Shown: positions 10,601 to 22,018 of the stretch, one piece after another | How the letters are laid out: each line of letters starts with the position of its first letter | How positions within the stretch are numbered: the first letter of the stretch is position 1 | Assembly: GCA_025558095.1 (NCBI GenBank) | Contig: JAIVFI010000010.1 | Span: 744,001 to 808,000, forward strand | Length of the DNA: 64,000 nt | Source: Hyaloraphidium curvatum SAG 235-1 | Lineage: Eukaryota; Fungi; Monoblepharomycota | Direction of reading: 5' to 3' | Notes under the pieces: model-generated | The model's database searches: none | What the model was told of the DNA's origin: nothing | The model's input: only the letters and a program-made list of their open reading frames with translations | Translations under genes and position numbers: made by a program

Positions 10601-11460
10601 CCCGACATGACGTAGCCGCCAAACGCAAGGTAGGCGGTGAGAGTGCGGTGCAGGTCGGTTTCCGGTGCCGCCGGGTCCTCGTAGGCCCGTTGGAAAGACT
10701 CGCTGGCCCGGAAGGCGAGCGTGCTCCAGGTGGTGGTCCGGTAGCGGTGCTTCAGCGGCTCCGGCGGCGGCGCCCCCGCGCCCCCGCCCGGCGGCGGATC
10801 AGGCCCGGGACCCCCGGGTGGACCACCGTCGCCTGGGTCGCCCGGATCACCGCCGTTGCCGTGCCCGCCAGCCGCGGCGTTGCCGCCCGGCGCGCCGTCG
10901 CCGCCTGGGGGATCACCGCCGTCCGGGGCGGCACGCGCCGCCGCCGCCGCCGCCGCCAGCGCCGCCCGTTGCGCCTGGCCGTCCTGCGGGGCGTCGGCCG
11001 CAACCCGGGCGGCCGCAAGGGCCGCCATCAGCGCGGGCGCGGGTGGCGAAGCACGGGGAGATGCCGACGATGCCGCTGGTGACGCCGGTCCCTCCGCGCG
11101 TCCCGTGGCAGCCGCCCGCTCGGCACGCACGCGGTCGAGGAACTCGACGAGATCGGGTGGAAGCGAAGCTAAAGAGACGCCGAGTGGCGGGTTAGCTGCG
11201 TCCGGGTTGCACGAGGTGTGCTGTCCAGAAACACCGGCACCAGAGGCGTTTGCGGCGTAGGGACGCCGGCAACCCCCGCACCGCGCTAGCCCCATGGCGC
11301 GCAACGCATCGGCAGACAGGCGCTGCATCGCCAACCAGTGCTCCGGGCTCCGTGTGACCCGAAGATGACCGTCCCGTTTGTTTTTGTTTGGAGTTGGCTG
11401 GAAGCGGCAACCATCAACCGGGCACTCATGGAGGCCGGGTTCAGCAGGCGCCTCCGCCAT
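7660..11460 (-). mobile_element. CRE-clade non-LTR retrotransposon, single intact ORF (~1266 aa; zinc fingers, RT, CCHC, restriction-like endonuclease)
   Basis: N-terminal CPVDGC...H...H and CGGC...H..C. RT motifs LKPEGGLRPIGI, GVDGGAE, KVDSRNAFN, QGDPLS, YLDD, VVGAPVG, GMGL. C-terminal CRRGC...EHAFSGC, GHD, GDILI...LLEIKT, PLIVLAFDSY. No introns, no AP endonuclease. Element ends not resolved. Confidence 0.9.
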
Positions 11461-11690
11461 CGGCACATCGCCGTCGATGCAAGATTGGTGATGATGAGAT
11501 AGAGCTCCGATGTTGGCGAAAGCTGCCGCGCAGCGGTGGCATCGAAGGCCGGAGCGAGTCTCAGAAGGGATTTGTGTGCACTGTCAGGGAGACCCGAGCC
11601 GCGCAAGCGCGACGCAAGCTCCCAATCACGAACGGGTTCCACACTCCCGGCCACTTATCGAGCATCGAAGCGCGCCGCCTTACATTCAGC

Positions 11691-12927
11691 ATGTCGAGCA
11701 TCGCGATCAAGGTCGCCTGCGGGGGCGAGATCCGGAGGCTGGTCGTCGACACGGCCGCGACGGAGTGGAGCGAGGTCGAGGCCCGGATCCGCGGGCTGTT
11801 CAAGATCCCCGAGGAGCAGGGCATCGAGGTGCGCACATCGCGGCATGCCGTTCCGAAGGCGGCGGCTAACATGGGGCCCGGACAGGTCACTTACGTCGAC
11901 GAGGACGGGGACGAGATCACCCTGAGCACGACTCAAGAGATCAAGGAGCTCTCGGCGCTGTCTTCCAAGAACCTCAAGTTCAACGTCGTCATCGGCGGCG
12001 CGTCGCCTGCTGCGCGCGAGGCTTGGACCAAGGTGCCTGCCAGCGAGAAGGAGGCCGAGAAGGTCGCCCCTCGGGCCGAGGAGGTCAAGGAGGCACCCGC
12101 CCCCGCTACGGTCGAGCCCGTCGAGGCGGTCGGGGAAGCCAAGGCCGAGGAGCCCGCCAAGCACGAGCACGCGCACGAGGGGCACCAGGAGGGCGAGCAT
12201 GCGCACGAGAAGGGTAGCGAGCACGCGCACGAGCATGAGGCGAGGCCCAAGCAGCCTTGTGGGTTCCCTCTGTCCCTCCCGCCGCGCACCGGTCATCTGA
12301 CACCATCTCGCGTGCAGGGTTCGGCGTTACCTGCGACGGCTGCGGCATGTACCCCCTCGCCGGACACCGCTTCAAGTGCACCGCATGCGCCGACTACGAC
12401 CTGTGCTCGGCGTGCCACCCCAAGCGCGAGGAGATCCACCTCGACGGCGAGAAGAAGCCGCACGGGCACGAGTTCAGGGACCTGGGTGACGAGGGCAGGA
12501 GGTTCAGGCCCGCCGTGCCGTGGTACGGCGTCGTGTGCGACGGCTGCGAGGCATCGCCCATCGTGGGCAACAGGTGCGTTGATCTTGCGCGCTTGTGCAC
12601 AAGCAGATTCTGACATGCCCTTCCTCGCTTGCAATCAGGTTCAAGTGCACGACTTGCCCCGACTACGACCTGTGCAGCAACTGCTACCCCAAGCGCGCCG
12701 AGCTGCACCTCAAGCCCGCCACCGAGGACGCCGAAAGCCTGGCGTACGACCACGAGTTCAAGGACCTCGGCGTGCGCACGAAGCGCGGGTGCGGCCGCTG
12801 GCGCTCCCCGGCCGTCTACGTCGTGCCGCCCGGGGTCTACTACGCCCCGCCAGTGCCGGGCTTCTTCCCCGCCGGGTTTCCGTGGCCCTCCGGCGACATG
12901 TACTACGGCGGTCGCGGGTGGTTCTGA
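11691..12927 (+). CDS. PB1 plus two ZZ zinc-finger protein (p62/NBR1-like scaffold), 3 introns
   Basis: PB1: [13 protein letters not shown]...[13 protein letters not shown]: CDGC...[14 protein letters not shown] and CDGC...[13 protein letters not shown]. His-rich linker. Confidence 0.85.
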
Positions 12928-13194
12928 GCGAGGCGTTTGACATGGTCCAAGAAGTCGAGACGGGACGGGCTGATCTCGGTGGCTTGCTGACAGGTGCTTG
13001 ACTTGAAACCAGATGTACATCATTCGCTGCCTTTCAATTTGATTGCTTTTATGAGAACGAGCTCAGGTCAGACGTGGTTTGCCTTCGGCTAAGGGCGTCC
13101 CTGATTCCGCGGGAGACAATCCGCACTCACTCCGTGTGTTGTGCGCGCTTCTCTGTACTCACTCCGTGTCGCCGTCCGCGACCCGAATCCCGCA

Positions 13195-14876
13195 ATGAAC
13201 GGCAACCACGCCAACGGCAAGACCGAGATGAACGGTGCGGACGCGCTCATCGCCACGCTGGTGGCCAACGGCGTCACCGCCTGCTTCGCGAATCCCGGCA
13301 CGAGCGAAATGCAGTTTGTCTCGGCGCTCGACCGCGAGCCGCGAATGCGCGGCGTCCTGTGCCTCTTCGAGGGCGTCTGCACCGGCGCCGCCGACGGATT
13401 CGCCCGCATGGCCGGCACTCCGGCGTGCACGCTGCTGCACCTCGGGCCCGGCCTCGCCAACGCGTCCGCCAACCTGCACAACGCCCGCCGCGCCTTCTCG
13501 CCCATCGTCAACGTCGTCGGCGACCACGCGACGTACCACCGGAAGCACGATGCCCCGCTCAACTCGGACATTGCCGCCCTGGCCAAGCCCAACTCGATCT
13601 GGATCAAGTCCGCCGACGCGCCCGACGACGTGGGGCCGGCCACGGCCGAGTGCATCCTCGCCAGCTACGGGCCGCCGGGCGGCGTGGCGACGCTGATTCT
13701 GCCGGCCGATGCAGCGTGGCTGCCGGCGACCAAGGTCGGGGGGAAGGTCGAGAAGCCGGCGAAAGCCAAGGTCGCCGCGGACCAGGTGCAGAAGGTCGCC
13801 GGCGAGATCAAGGCCGCCAAGAGCCCCGTCATCTTCCTCGGTGGGTCATGCGTTGCTTCTGCCGTTGATATTGCTGACGGATTCGTTTCCAGGCACGGGA
13901 GCGTGCGAGGACGTCGGGCTTGCTGCTGCAGCTCGCCTTGCGGCCGCCGGCCTTCGCGTGATGAACGACACCTTCACCGCCCGGCAGGCGCGCGGCGCCG
14001 GACGGTACCATCCTGAAAAACTCCCGTACTTCGGAGAACAAGCACTCGACGCTCTCGGCCCCACAGACCTTATGGTCTTCGTGGAAACGGTCCAACCTGT
14101 CGCCTTTTTCGCCTACCCCAACCGCCCCAGCGTGCTCGTTCCCGAGGGCTGCGCAACCACCACCCTCGCCTCCCGCGGGCAGGACGGCGTCGCCGCCCTC
14201 CACACCCTCGCCGACCTCCTTGGGGCCCCGAAGTCCGGCCCTGTCGAGCAGCTCTCCCTCCCCGCCTCCCCACCGACCGGCAAGCTCGACCCCGCGGCCT
14301 GCGCCGTGTCGATCGCAAGGCACATGCCCGAGAACGCGATCATCTGCGACGACGCGGTCACCTCTGGCGCCCCGATCTACGCACTCACCAAGACGGCCCG
14401 GCCCCACGATTGGATTCTCGTAACGGGCGGCGCGATCGGCCAGGCGATCCCTCTCTGCATCGGCGCAGCGGTTGCGTGTCCTGAGAGGAAAGTTCTTTCG
14501 CTCAATGGCGATGGCGCGGCCATGTACACCGTGCAGGGGCTTTGGACCATCGCGAGGGAGAACCTGGACGTCACCGTGGTCGTGTTCGCCAACCACAGCT
14601 ACAAAATCCTCAAGTACGTCCCTTTGTTTCGGCCCCTCGGATCGAACTGACGCCGACCTGCCCCGTAGCATCGAGCTTGCCCGCACCGGCGCCGGCCCCG
14701 CCGGCCCCACCGCCAAGAAGCTGCTCGACCTCGACGAGCCCAAGATCGACTGGGTGTCGCTGGCCAAGGGGCTGGGGATGCCGGCGGTGCGGTGCGAGAC
14801 GGGGGAGAGCTTCGAGGCCGAGATGGAGAACGCGATGAAGGGCAAGGGGCCGTTCTTCATCGAGGCGGCGATCTGA
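13195..14876 (+). CDS. Bacterial-type ThDP-dependent enzyme (acetolactate synthase large-subunit-like / decarboxylase), 2 introns
   Basis: FANPGTSEM, LFEGVCTGAADG, LLHLGPGLAN and the ThDP motif GDGAAMY...FAN. Introns near 13841-13892 and 14614-14668. Confidence 0.85.
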
Positions 14877-14959
14877 AGAAGAAAGAAGTCGAAGAAGAGA
14901 TGCAGTGTACAAAGATGCTTCGGCCGCCGGCCGCTTTTTGTCAACAGTGAAGTTGTGAT

Positions 14960-16033
14960 TCACAGCTTTGCGGCAGCCTCCATCCTCCCCAGCAGCTTCC
15001 CCACGCTCTCCCTCACCACCTCCCTCCCGCCGCCCTCGACGTCCCTCCCCGGGAACGCGCCGAGGATCGCGCCGAACGGGTAAGGCTCCACCGCGCGCCA
15101 GGCGCGGAGCATGTCCGAGGGCGGGAGCGGGACCAGGTTGGGGAAGGAGTACATCATCGAGATGGAAGTGTGCCGGGGGGTCGGGAGGAACGAGTCGGAG
15201 CTGAGGAGGATCTGGTCCTTGACGCCTGAGATGGAACGAGGATGTCAAAGAGAGCAAGCACGACGGCGACCAATGGGGTTACCCTCGAGCTCGACGACGC
15301 ACACGGTGCTGCCTTCAAAGTGGCCTCCGACATGCACTGCCTCGGCCCCGGCCACCTTCCTGCCTCCTGCAGAGTCCCTCGACGGTTCGCCAAAGATGGG
15401 CAGCTGCTCCCCGTCCCAGAAGGTTACGGCCGCCCGGTCCGCCTCGGGTATCCACCCTTCGTCGCGCCGGTGCACGAACACGGGGCACCCGCCGAGCTCC
15501 TTTGCCCAGGTGGCCATGCCCCCGTAGAAGTGCGGGTGCGAAACGACGATTGCGGCTAGATCCTTGCCCCCCAGGGCCGCTTTCACCCCCCGCACCGACG
15601 CCGCGTCGACGTAGGCGAGCGAATCGAACATAACCGCGCCGCGAGGGGTAAGGGCGACCAGGGCACGCTGTCCGATGCCGAAGCTCGGGACGGTGAACAT
15701 CTCGAAGAGCTGGATCGCGGCGGTGTCGGTTGATGGGCTGTTCGAGTAGGGGGAGACACGACGGACCTTGCCGTTCCCGCAGCGCACAGGCCTCAGCACA
15801 TTTCGGTGCCTTCCCGCAGCCACCATCTCCTCCAGCGTCGTCCATTCCTGTTTCCCGGAGCCGCCGATGCCGACGTACTGCCTGCGGAAGCGGCTTCGTC
15901 AAGGTTCCGCGACGCGTCGGAATGCGGCCACAGACCGCTCGTCCACGCAAATCTGGCATTCGACCGGACGGGATCCGTCGGGAGCGTCGCGCAATGGGTT
16001 GTTGCCGCACGTGGTGCAGATCCAGCGCGGCAT
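14960..16033 (-). CDS. Metallo-beta-lactamase-fold hydrolase with N-terminal Cys pairs, ~3 introns
   Basis: ICTTCG...CQICVDERQYV, FGIGQRA, IVVSHPHFYG, GGHFEGS and MYSFPNLVPL. Confidence 0.8.
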
Positions 16034-16124
16034 CGCGGGGTTGTTTGCCGGTGGGACTCGGGGCACCGACGGCGTCGCGCGAAGCAGCTTCCGGCTCCAC
16101 TTCCGTTAGACTTCGCATACATAC

Positions 16125-17865
16125 TTAGATCTTGGGCACGCCGCCAGGACAAAGCCGCGCCGCCAGGTCGTCCAGCGCCGCCGACAACTCCTCCGCGTCC
16201 TTGGCCACCGCAAAGGTGTAGAAGTCCGGCCTAATCACCGCGAAAGACGCCCCCGTCCTCAGGCTCTCGAGGTACCCCCGCAAATGTCCCTTTTCGTCGA
16301 CAACCCGCGGCACCTCCCCGCCGGCGGGCTCTCCGCCCTTGGGCATCACCGTCACCCTCGTCCCGCCGAGCGTCTTCCACACTGCCGCCTGCGCCTCACC
16401 CAGCACCGGCTCGCTCCCCAACCCGAGCAGGACCCAGCCCCTCCCCGCCGTTGCGCCCAGCATCCCCACCCCGCCCGCGCCGCGCACCGGGAAATCCGGC
16501 ACGTACGCCCCCGCGCCCTCCCCCCTCACCAATCCCTCGCCGAGAAGCAGCGGCAGCGGCGGCGGCATCACCTTCCTCGGATCCCCGTCGTGCCCGAGCA
16601 TCCGCGCGTCCCTGGCCGCCGCGGCGGCGGGGTCGGTGATGCAGATCACGCGGCCGAGGTCGACGGAGAACTGGATCGCCGAGCGGACGTGGAAGGCGCG
16701 CTCGGTGCCGTACGTGGAAAGGATGGGGTGGGGAGGGAGGGAGGGGTGCAAGAGGAGGTGCAGGAGCTTGAAGGAGAGGTTCTGCACGTCGCGCAGCCCG
16801 GAGCAGAGGCCCTGGCCGGCGAAGGGAGGCTGCAAAGGGTGATCAGACACGACCCGGGCGAGCGCGAGCTGGCGGGGAAACCCACCATGAGGTGCGCGGC
16901 GTCGCCGGCGACCCACACCCTTCCGCGGCCCCACTCCCTACCCCACTTGGCCTGGAACCTGTACACCGCGCTGCGCTCCAGCTTGGCGTTGCTCTGGTTG
17001 ACGTCGTACTTTTCGAGGAGCTGCCAGGCGGTCTCGGGCTTCTCGAGGTAGCCTGGCGGGTCGTTGGGGAGCGCCATGAATTCCCAGCGGCGGCGGCGCG
17101 CCGAGCCGCCCGAGACGAGGGTCGCGGGACGGACGGGGTCGCAGATCTGGAGGTTCAGGGGCTGGTAGACTGTGCGGAAGGTTGTAAGGCGAAGTGTCGG
17201 AACGGATTGGGGAGCTTACTCCGCGGCTCGTTGAGGAGGACGTCGACGATGAGCCAGTCGTAGAAGAAGCCGAGGTCATCCATGACCAGGCCCAGCTGCT
17301 CGCGGACCCTGGAGCCCGCTCCGTCGCAGCCGATCAGGAATCTGCATGAAGCGGCAGGTGAGACCATGACACGGCATCACCACATCAGTAGAACCCACTT
17401 GGCCTTGACAACGTCGTTCCCGCCCATCCCGTCGCGGGTGACGACCTCCACGTGCCCGCCCTTGTCCTCGAACGAGAGCAGCTCGCATCCCCAGCGCATC
17501 GTAAGGTTCTCGTACTTGCCCGACTCGCGGTGCAGGTGCTCCTCCAGCACCGGCTGCGCGAACATCCAGTCGTTCCCGTCCGGCGGCGGCGGGATCCTAA
17601 GCAGCAGGCCGCCCTCGGCATTTTTCCATTCGTAGAAACCCGTGGGCTCGATCTCTCCGCCGCCCATCCCGCCGACGGCGTCGAGGATGCGGCCGCCTTC
17701 GCCGTCGATGTGCACCGCTCGCGGCAGGCCATAGGGCTGGTTGTGCTTCTCGATGGCGAGGACGGTGGGTTTCGAGGGCGCGGTGGCGAGGAGCAGCGCG
17801 AGGGTGGCGCCGATGGGGCCGAAGCCGCTGATGACGACGTCGACCGACTTGGGGAGGCGGCTCAT
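16125..17865 (-). CDS. FAD-dependent aromatic hydroxylase (MhpA/PheA-like), ~3 introns
   Basis: GFGPIG Rossmann motif, [45 protein letters not shown] and C-terminal IRPD. Confidence 0.85.
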
Positions 17866-18183
17866 TGCGGTGTGCGCGGGTTGGGGCGCTGCAGAAGGAG
17901 GATGGTATTCGGGGGCGGTGATCCGTTCCTCGGTGTGCTCCTGCGCTTCGACTGACACGTGGGCGACACGCGGGGAGAGTGGCGTTGGGCGGACCGGGAG
18001 ACACAGGCGGCCGTGCGGCCAGAGGAAGTCCGCTAAGGAACGAGCTTTCCTGAACACAGCACGCCTTAACCGGATTGACCCGCTTTCGGCTTTGCCGTCG
18101 CTTTGCCCCGCGGTTGCGGACTTCAGGGTGTCTCCACGCCTCGCCCCCACCGCCCCCCGCGCCTCCAATCACACCGCACCGAG

Positions 18184-19453
18184 ATGGCACCCTCCTGGCA
18201 GCGCCTCGTCCGCTTCAAGACGCCCTCCGGCGCAGTCGTCTACGGCGACCCGTCGGCCTTCCTGGCCGGCGGCGAGCTCGGCACCAAGGCCCACGTGGTC
18301 GAGGGCGGCGTGTTCGGCGGCAAGGTCACCGCGCGCGTCGAGGAGATCGCCGAGGTGCTCGGGCCGCTCGAGATGGACGATGTGCCGGTCGTGGCCTGCA
18401 TCGGGCTCAAGTGAGTGCCGCGGCGCCGGTCGGCCGGCCGTTTGGGGAGGTGGGGGGCAGGGAGGATAAAAGTGGTGGTGCCGCCGCTTTCGCCATCCCG
18501 TCGTCAGTTATTCGGCGATGATTTCTGCCGTTTGGTTGGTTATGTTCGGCTGCCGATCGACGGCACTTCCGCCGCGATTCGGGGCCCTGAAGGCCTCCCT
18601 GCCTTCCCCGTTGCGAACCGTCTCCCGCCCTGTGATCCCGCCCCCCGCACGCCGCTAACTCCCCATCTTCCCCGCTCCGCAGCTACCGCGCCCACGCCCT
18701 CGAATCCAAGATGCCGATCCCCGAGTTCCCCGTGCTCTTCTACAAGCCCAAGACCTCCATCGCCGGCCCCGGCCCCATCGCCATCAGCTCCGTCGTGGCC
18801 AAGCAGAACCAGCTCGACTACGAAGGCGAGCTGGGCGTCGTAATCGGCAGGGGCGGCAAGGACATTCCCGAGGACAAGGTGGGCGCGGTCTGGGCGGCGA
18901 GGTCCTGTCGACGGAGTGCTGATCTTCCGTGCGCTTCTTTCCCAAAGGCCCTCGACCACGTGCTGGGCTACGTTGCCGCCAACGACGTCTCGGCCCGCAT
19001 CTGGCAGCGCTCCGTCGGCGGCCAGTTCTGCTACGGCAAGGTGCGCCCCCTCCCCTCTGCCCCGCCTTCGTCTCTCACCCTTCCCCCGCTCGCCAGGGCT
19101 TCGACGGCTTCGCCCCCATCGGCCCCATGCTCGTCTCCCCCTCCCTCGTCCCCGACCCGTCCAAGCTCCAGCTCACCACCAAGGTCAACGGCAAGGTCCG
19201 GCAGAGCTCGCCCACCTCGGACCTCATCTTCTCCGTGCCCAAGATCATCTCCTTCCTCTCGGCGGGGTACACCCTCCTCCCGGGCACGGTGATCATGACC
19301 GGCACGCCGAGCGGCGTGGGGATGGCCATGGGCCCCGACGCGCTGCTCAAGGACGGGGACGTGGTGGACGTGAGCATCACAGGGCTGGGGACGCTGAGCA
19401 ACAGGATGGTGCACGAGAAGGCGCAGGTGTACAGGCCGCAGCCGCAGCTCTAG
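18184..19453 (+). CDS. Fumarylacetoacetate hydrolase family protein (FAHD-like), 3 introns
   Basis: CIGLN/YRAH, PVLFYK, DYEGELGVVIG, NDVSAR, GKGFDGFAPIGP, IMTGTPSGVG. The first intron (18411-18682) is unusually long. Confidence 0.9.
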
Positions 19454-19662
19454 ATGGTGCCGGCGTCGCCGTTGCCGGAACGGTCCGCGGTGTGCGGTTT
19501 GCGGTCCGGTCCGGCTTCCCAGGTCCGTGCGATGCGGCGGCTCCATCCACTACCTTGGACCCATCGGCGGAACCGAGGATCGATGATTACCTGTAGGCCA
19601 GGGCCGCAATGGGGGGAGAGGTGCGCGGAAGCGTCTATGGAGGTTGTCCTTCAGCCTCCAGT

Positions 19663-20848
19663 CTACTTCCTCCCCCGGCCCCGGCCCCTCCCCTTCCCTT
19701 TGCCGCCCTTCTTCTTCTGTCCCTCCTCCTTCTCCTCCGCCTCCTCGGCCCCCTTTGGCCGCAGCAGCTTCGACAGCCGCAGGAAGACGGCCTCGGGCTT
19801 CTGCCCGCGCGCGGCGCACCACGCGACGTACTGCGCGGCGATGCCGGCGTGCATGAGGGGGTTGCGGATCACGTTGAGGCGGAGGGGGACGGAGAGGGGT
19901 GGGGGTGGGGAGGGGGGGAGGGTGGAGATGGCGGGGGCAGAGGGGAGGGGGAGGGGGGTCGTGGGGGTCCTGTGGGTTCCACATTGGACGGCCAGAAGTA
20001 GTCAGTGCGGTCCCGCACGGGCGCCTCCTGTCCGCAACCCACCACTTCTTGCGGTTCCTGAGCCGCAGGCGCTCCCGGACGGCGCGAGGGGCGGCGGGGG
20101 AGTAGCTCCACGGGCTGAACGCGGCGTACGAGGGCGCGTCGCTGTAGCGCGATCTGGGGGCGGGCTTGTCGGCCTCTTCGCCTTCCGGCGCAGCGGCAGA
20201 ATCGGCGGCGGGCGCCCGGTCCTCCTTCTGGTCGACGACGCGGCCGTCCCTGATGTCCGCCCAGCGCGCCTCGACGGTGGCCGCCCAGCCGCCCATCCGG
20301 TCCGCGGCGCCGCTCGACTCGGAGGCGGGCAGCCACGGCGCGCTGTCGGGCACCATGCCGTCGGGCCTGTCGCGCCTGAAGATGCCGAACGCCTCCCTCG
20401 GTTTGCCGGCCTCCATCAGCGCCACCAGCGGCGTCGAGTCGTTCCCGCGCGCCACGCGCTGGAAGTACGCGTGCGGCTGGACGGTGCGGCCCCACAGCCT
20501 GTCGCCCTTTGCGTCGATGCCTTTGCGCCTCCACATGTGCGGGTACCAGCCGCCCTTTGCCGCGCGGATGCGGCGCTCGACGTGGCCCTCGGCGCCGCGC
20601 ATGTCGGGCGGGATCTCGAGCGCCCGCGGGACGGCAGAGGGCAGCCACCCCGCCGCCGCGTCCTCCCGCGTCACGAGCACCGTCGCCGAGGCGTGCTCCG
20701 TCGTCGGCGACGCGCGCACCCGCGCCGGCGAGTGCAGGAACGGCTGCAGCACGTGCGCCGCAAGCTGCGCCAGCGGCGGGTGCCGCACGTCCTGCGGGAA
20801 CCCGTAGTGGTGCTTGATGCGCAGCGACAGCGGGTTGATGCGCCCCAT
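19663..20848 (-). CDS. Putative nuclear-encoded mitochondrial ribosomal protein uS3m-like (N-terminal/KH part), 1 intron
   Basis: N-terminus MGRINPLSLRI resembles S3 MGQKxNPxxLR. The late motif IRNPLMHAGIAAQYVA resembles the end of the S3 KH domain. Basic C-terminal tail. Confidence 0.5.
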
Positions 20849-21157
20849 GGCCGCGCGCGGGGGGGGGAACGCGTTTGTTGGTGTTCGGCCGGGGGCGGTT
20901 AGCGCCTCCTATCAGCCCCCCAGCAGTTAGCCCCCTCTAACCACCCCCGGCCCCCGAATCCCCCGGGTCGTTTGCCGCTTTTCTGCAATTCCAATTCCGC
21001 CCGCACTTACTGCCTCCACCGCATCGCATTCCCGGCCCCGCCCAGCCGGCGCACACCCTCGCCCCGCGCTCCCCTTCCCCGCCCCGAAAACGGCCCGCCC
21101 TCCCGCGCCCGCCGCTTCCCCGCCCCACGGCACCCCGCCCGGCACCCCCCGCTCGCG

Positions 21158-21508
21158 ATGACCACCCGCACCGGCACCGCGCTGCTCCCCACCCTCCTCC
21201 TCCTCCTGGCCCTCCTCGCCCTCATCGTGCCCCACTCCGCCGCCCAGTCCCCGGGCTCCCCGGCCTGCCTCGCCTGCATCCGCACCGCGACCTCGGCGCT
21301 GCACGGGCAGATCTGCACCGGCCCCCGGGACAAACTCGACCGCCGCAGCGCCGTGTTCCGCCTCAAAGTCAAGGCGGCTTGTGCCACCAAGGCGGCGTGC
21401 GGCAGGGCGAGCGGGAAGCACTACGTCGGCGGCCTAAGCGGCACCACGCTGGAGAAGGAGAGCGGCAAGGGCGCGGGGACGGCCGAGTTCGGAGGGGTGA
21501 CGTGCTGA
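21158..21508 (+). CDS. Small secreted basic Cys-rich protein (116 aa)
   Basis: Strong signal peptide (LLPTLLLLLALLALIVPHSAA), 6 Cys, Lys/Arg-rich, coding-like codon usage. Confidence 0.7.
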   Translation: MTTRTGTALLPTLLLLLALLALIVPHSAAQSPGSPACLACIRTATSALHGQICTGPRDKLDRRSAVFRLKVKAACATKAACGRASGKHYVGGLSGTTLEKESGKGAGTAEFGGVTC

Positions 21509-22018
21509 TGCGGATGCGGCATGCGGAGCGGGTTCGGAAGCGGCGGCGGGGGCGCCGCACCCCGGACCCGCCGAGGCGGTGGAGGTGATCAGTGATCGCC
21601 GGCCGCGGACGGCATAGAAAGCCTGCCTTTGGAATCCCACGTTGAAAGTGCCAGCTCGCTCGTTCCGATTCGACGCCGGCCGCCGGCCGTCCGCCGTACC
21701 GGCGGATCGTGGGGACGGGCGCGGCAGGCGCGGCAGAAGATTATGCATGGGAGCATGCCTCGCGGAAGCCGTCGATGCGGATGGAGGGGTCTGACGTGCC
21801 GTTCTGCCGCTCGCGCAGTCGGCCAGCCCTCTGCATGCTCTGCATGGCCCAAAGTACGTCGGTCCATCCATGTCCGTGATACCAGGGGAAGACAAGGATC
21901 ACGCTTCATGAGCGGCATCCCAAGCACAGGCGCCGTCGTTGAAGGTAGGAGCGACAAATACGACAACTGACCACAGTTGCTTCCAATCCACTTCCACGGA
22001 CCCAAGCCCGCCCGCCGT

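Noticed and set aside
7246-11522. Possible target-site duplication AGATTG...ATGA...TGTT at ~7246 and ~11482
   Set aside because: It needs several mismatches and a long gap, which is not credible for an element with an intact ORF.
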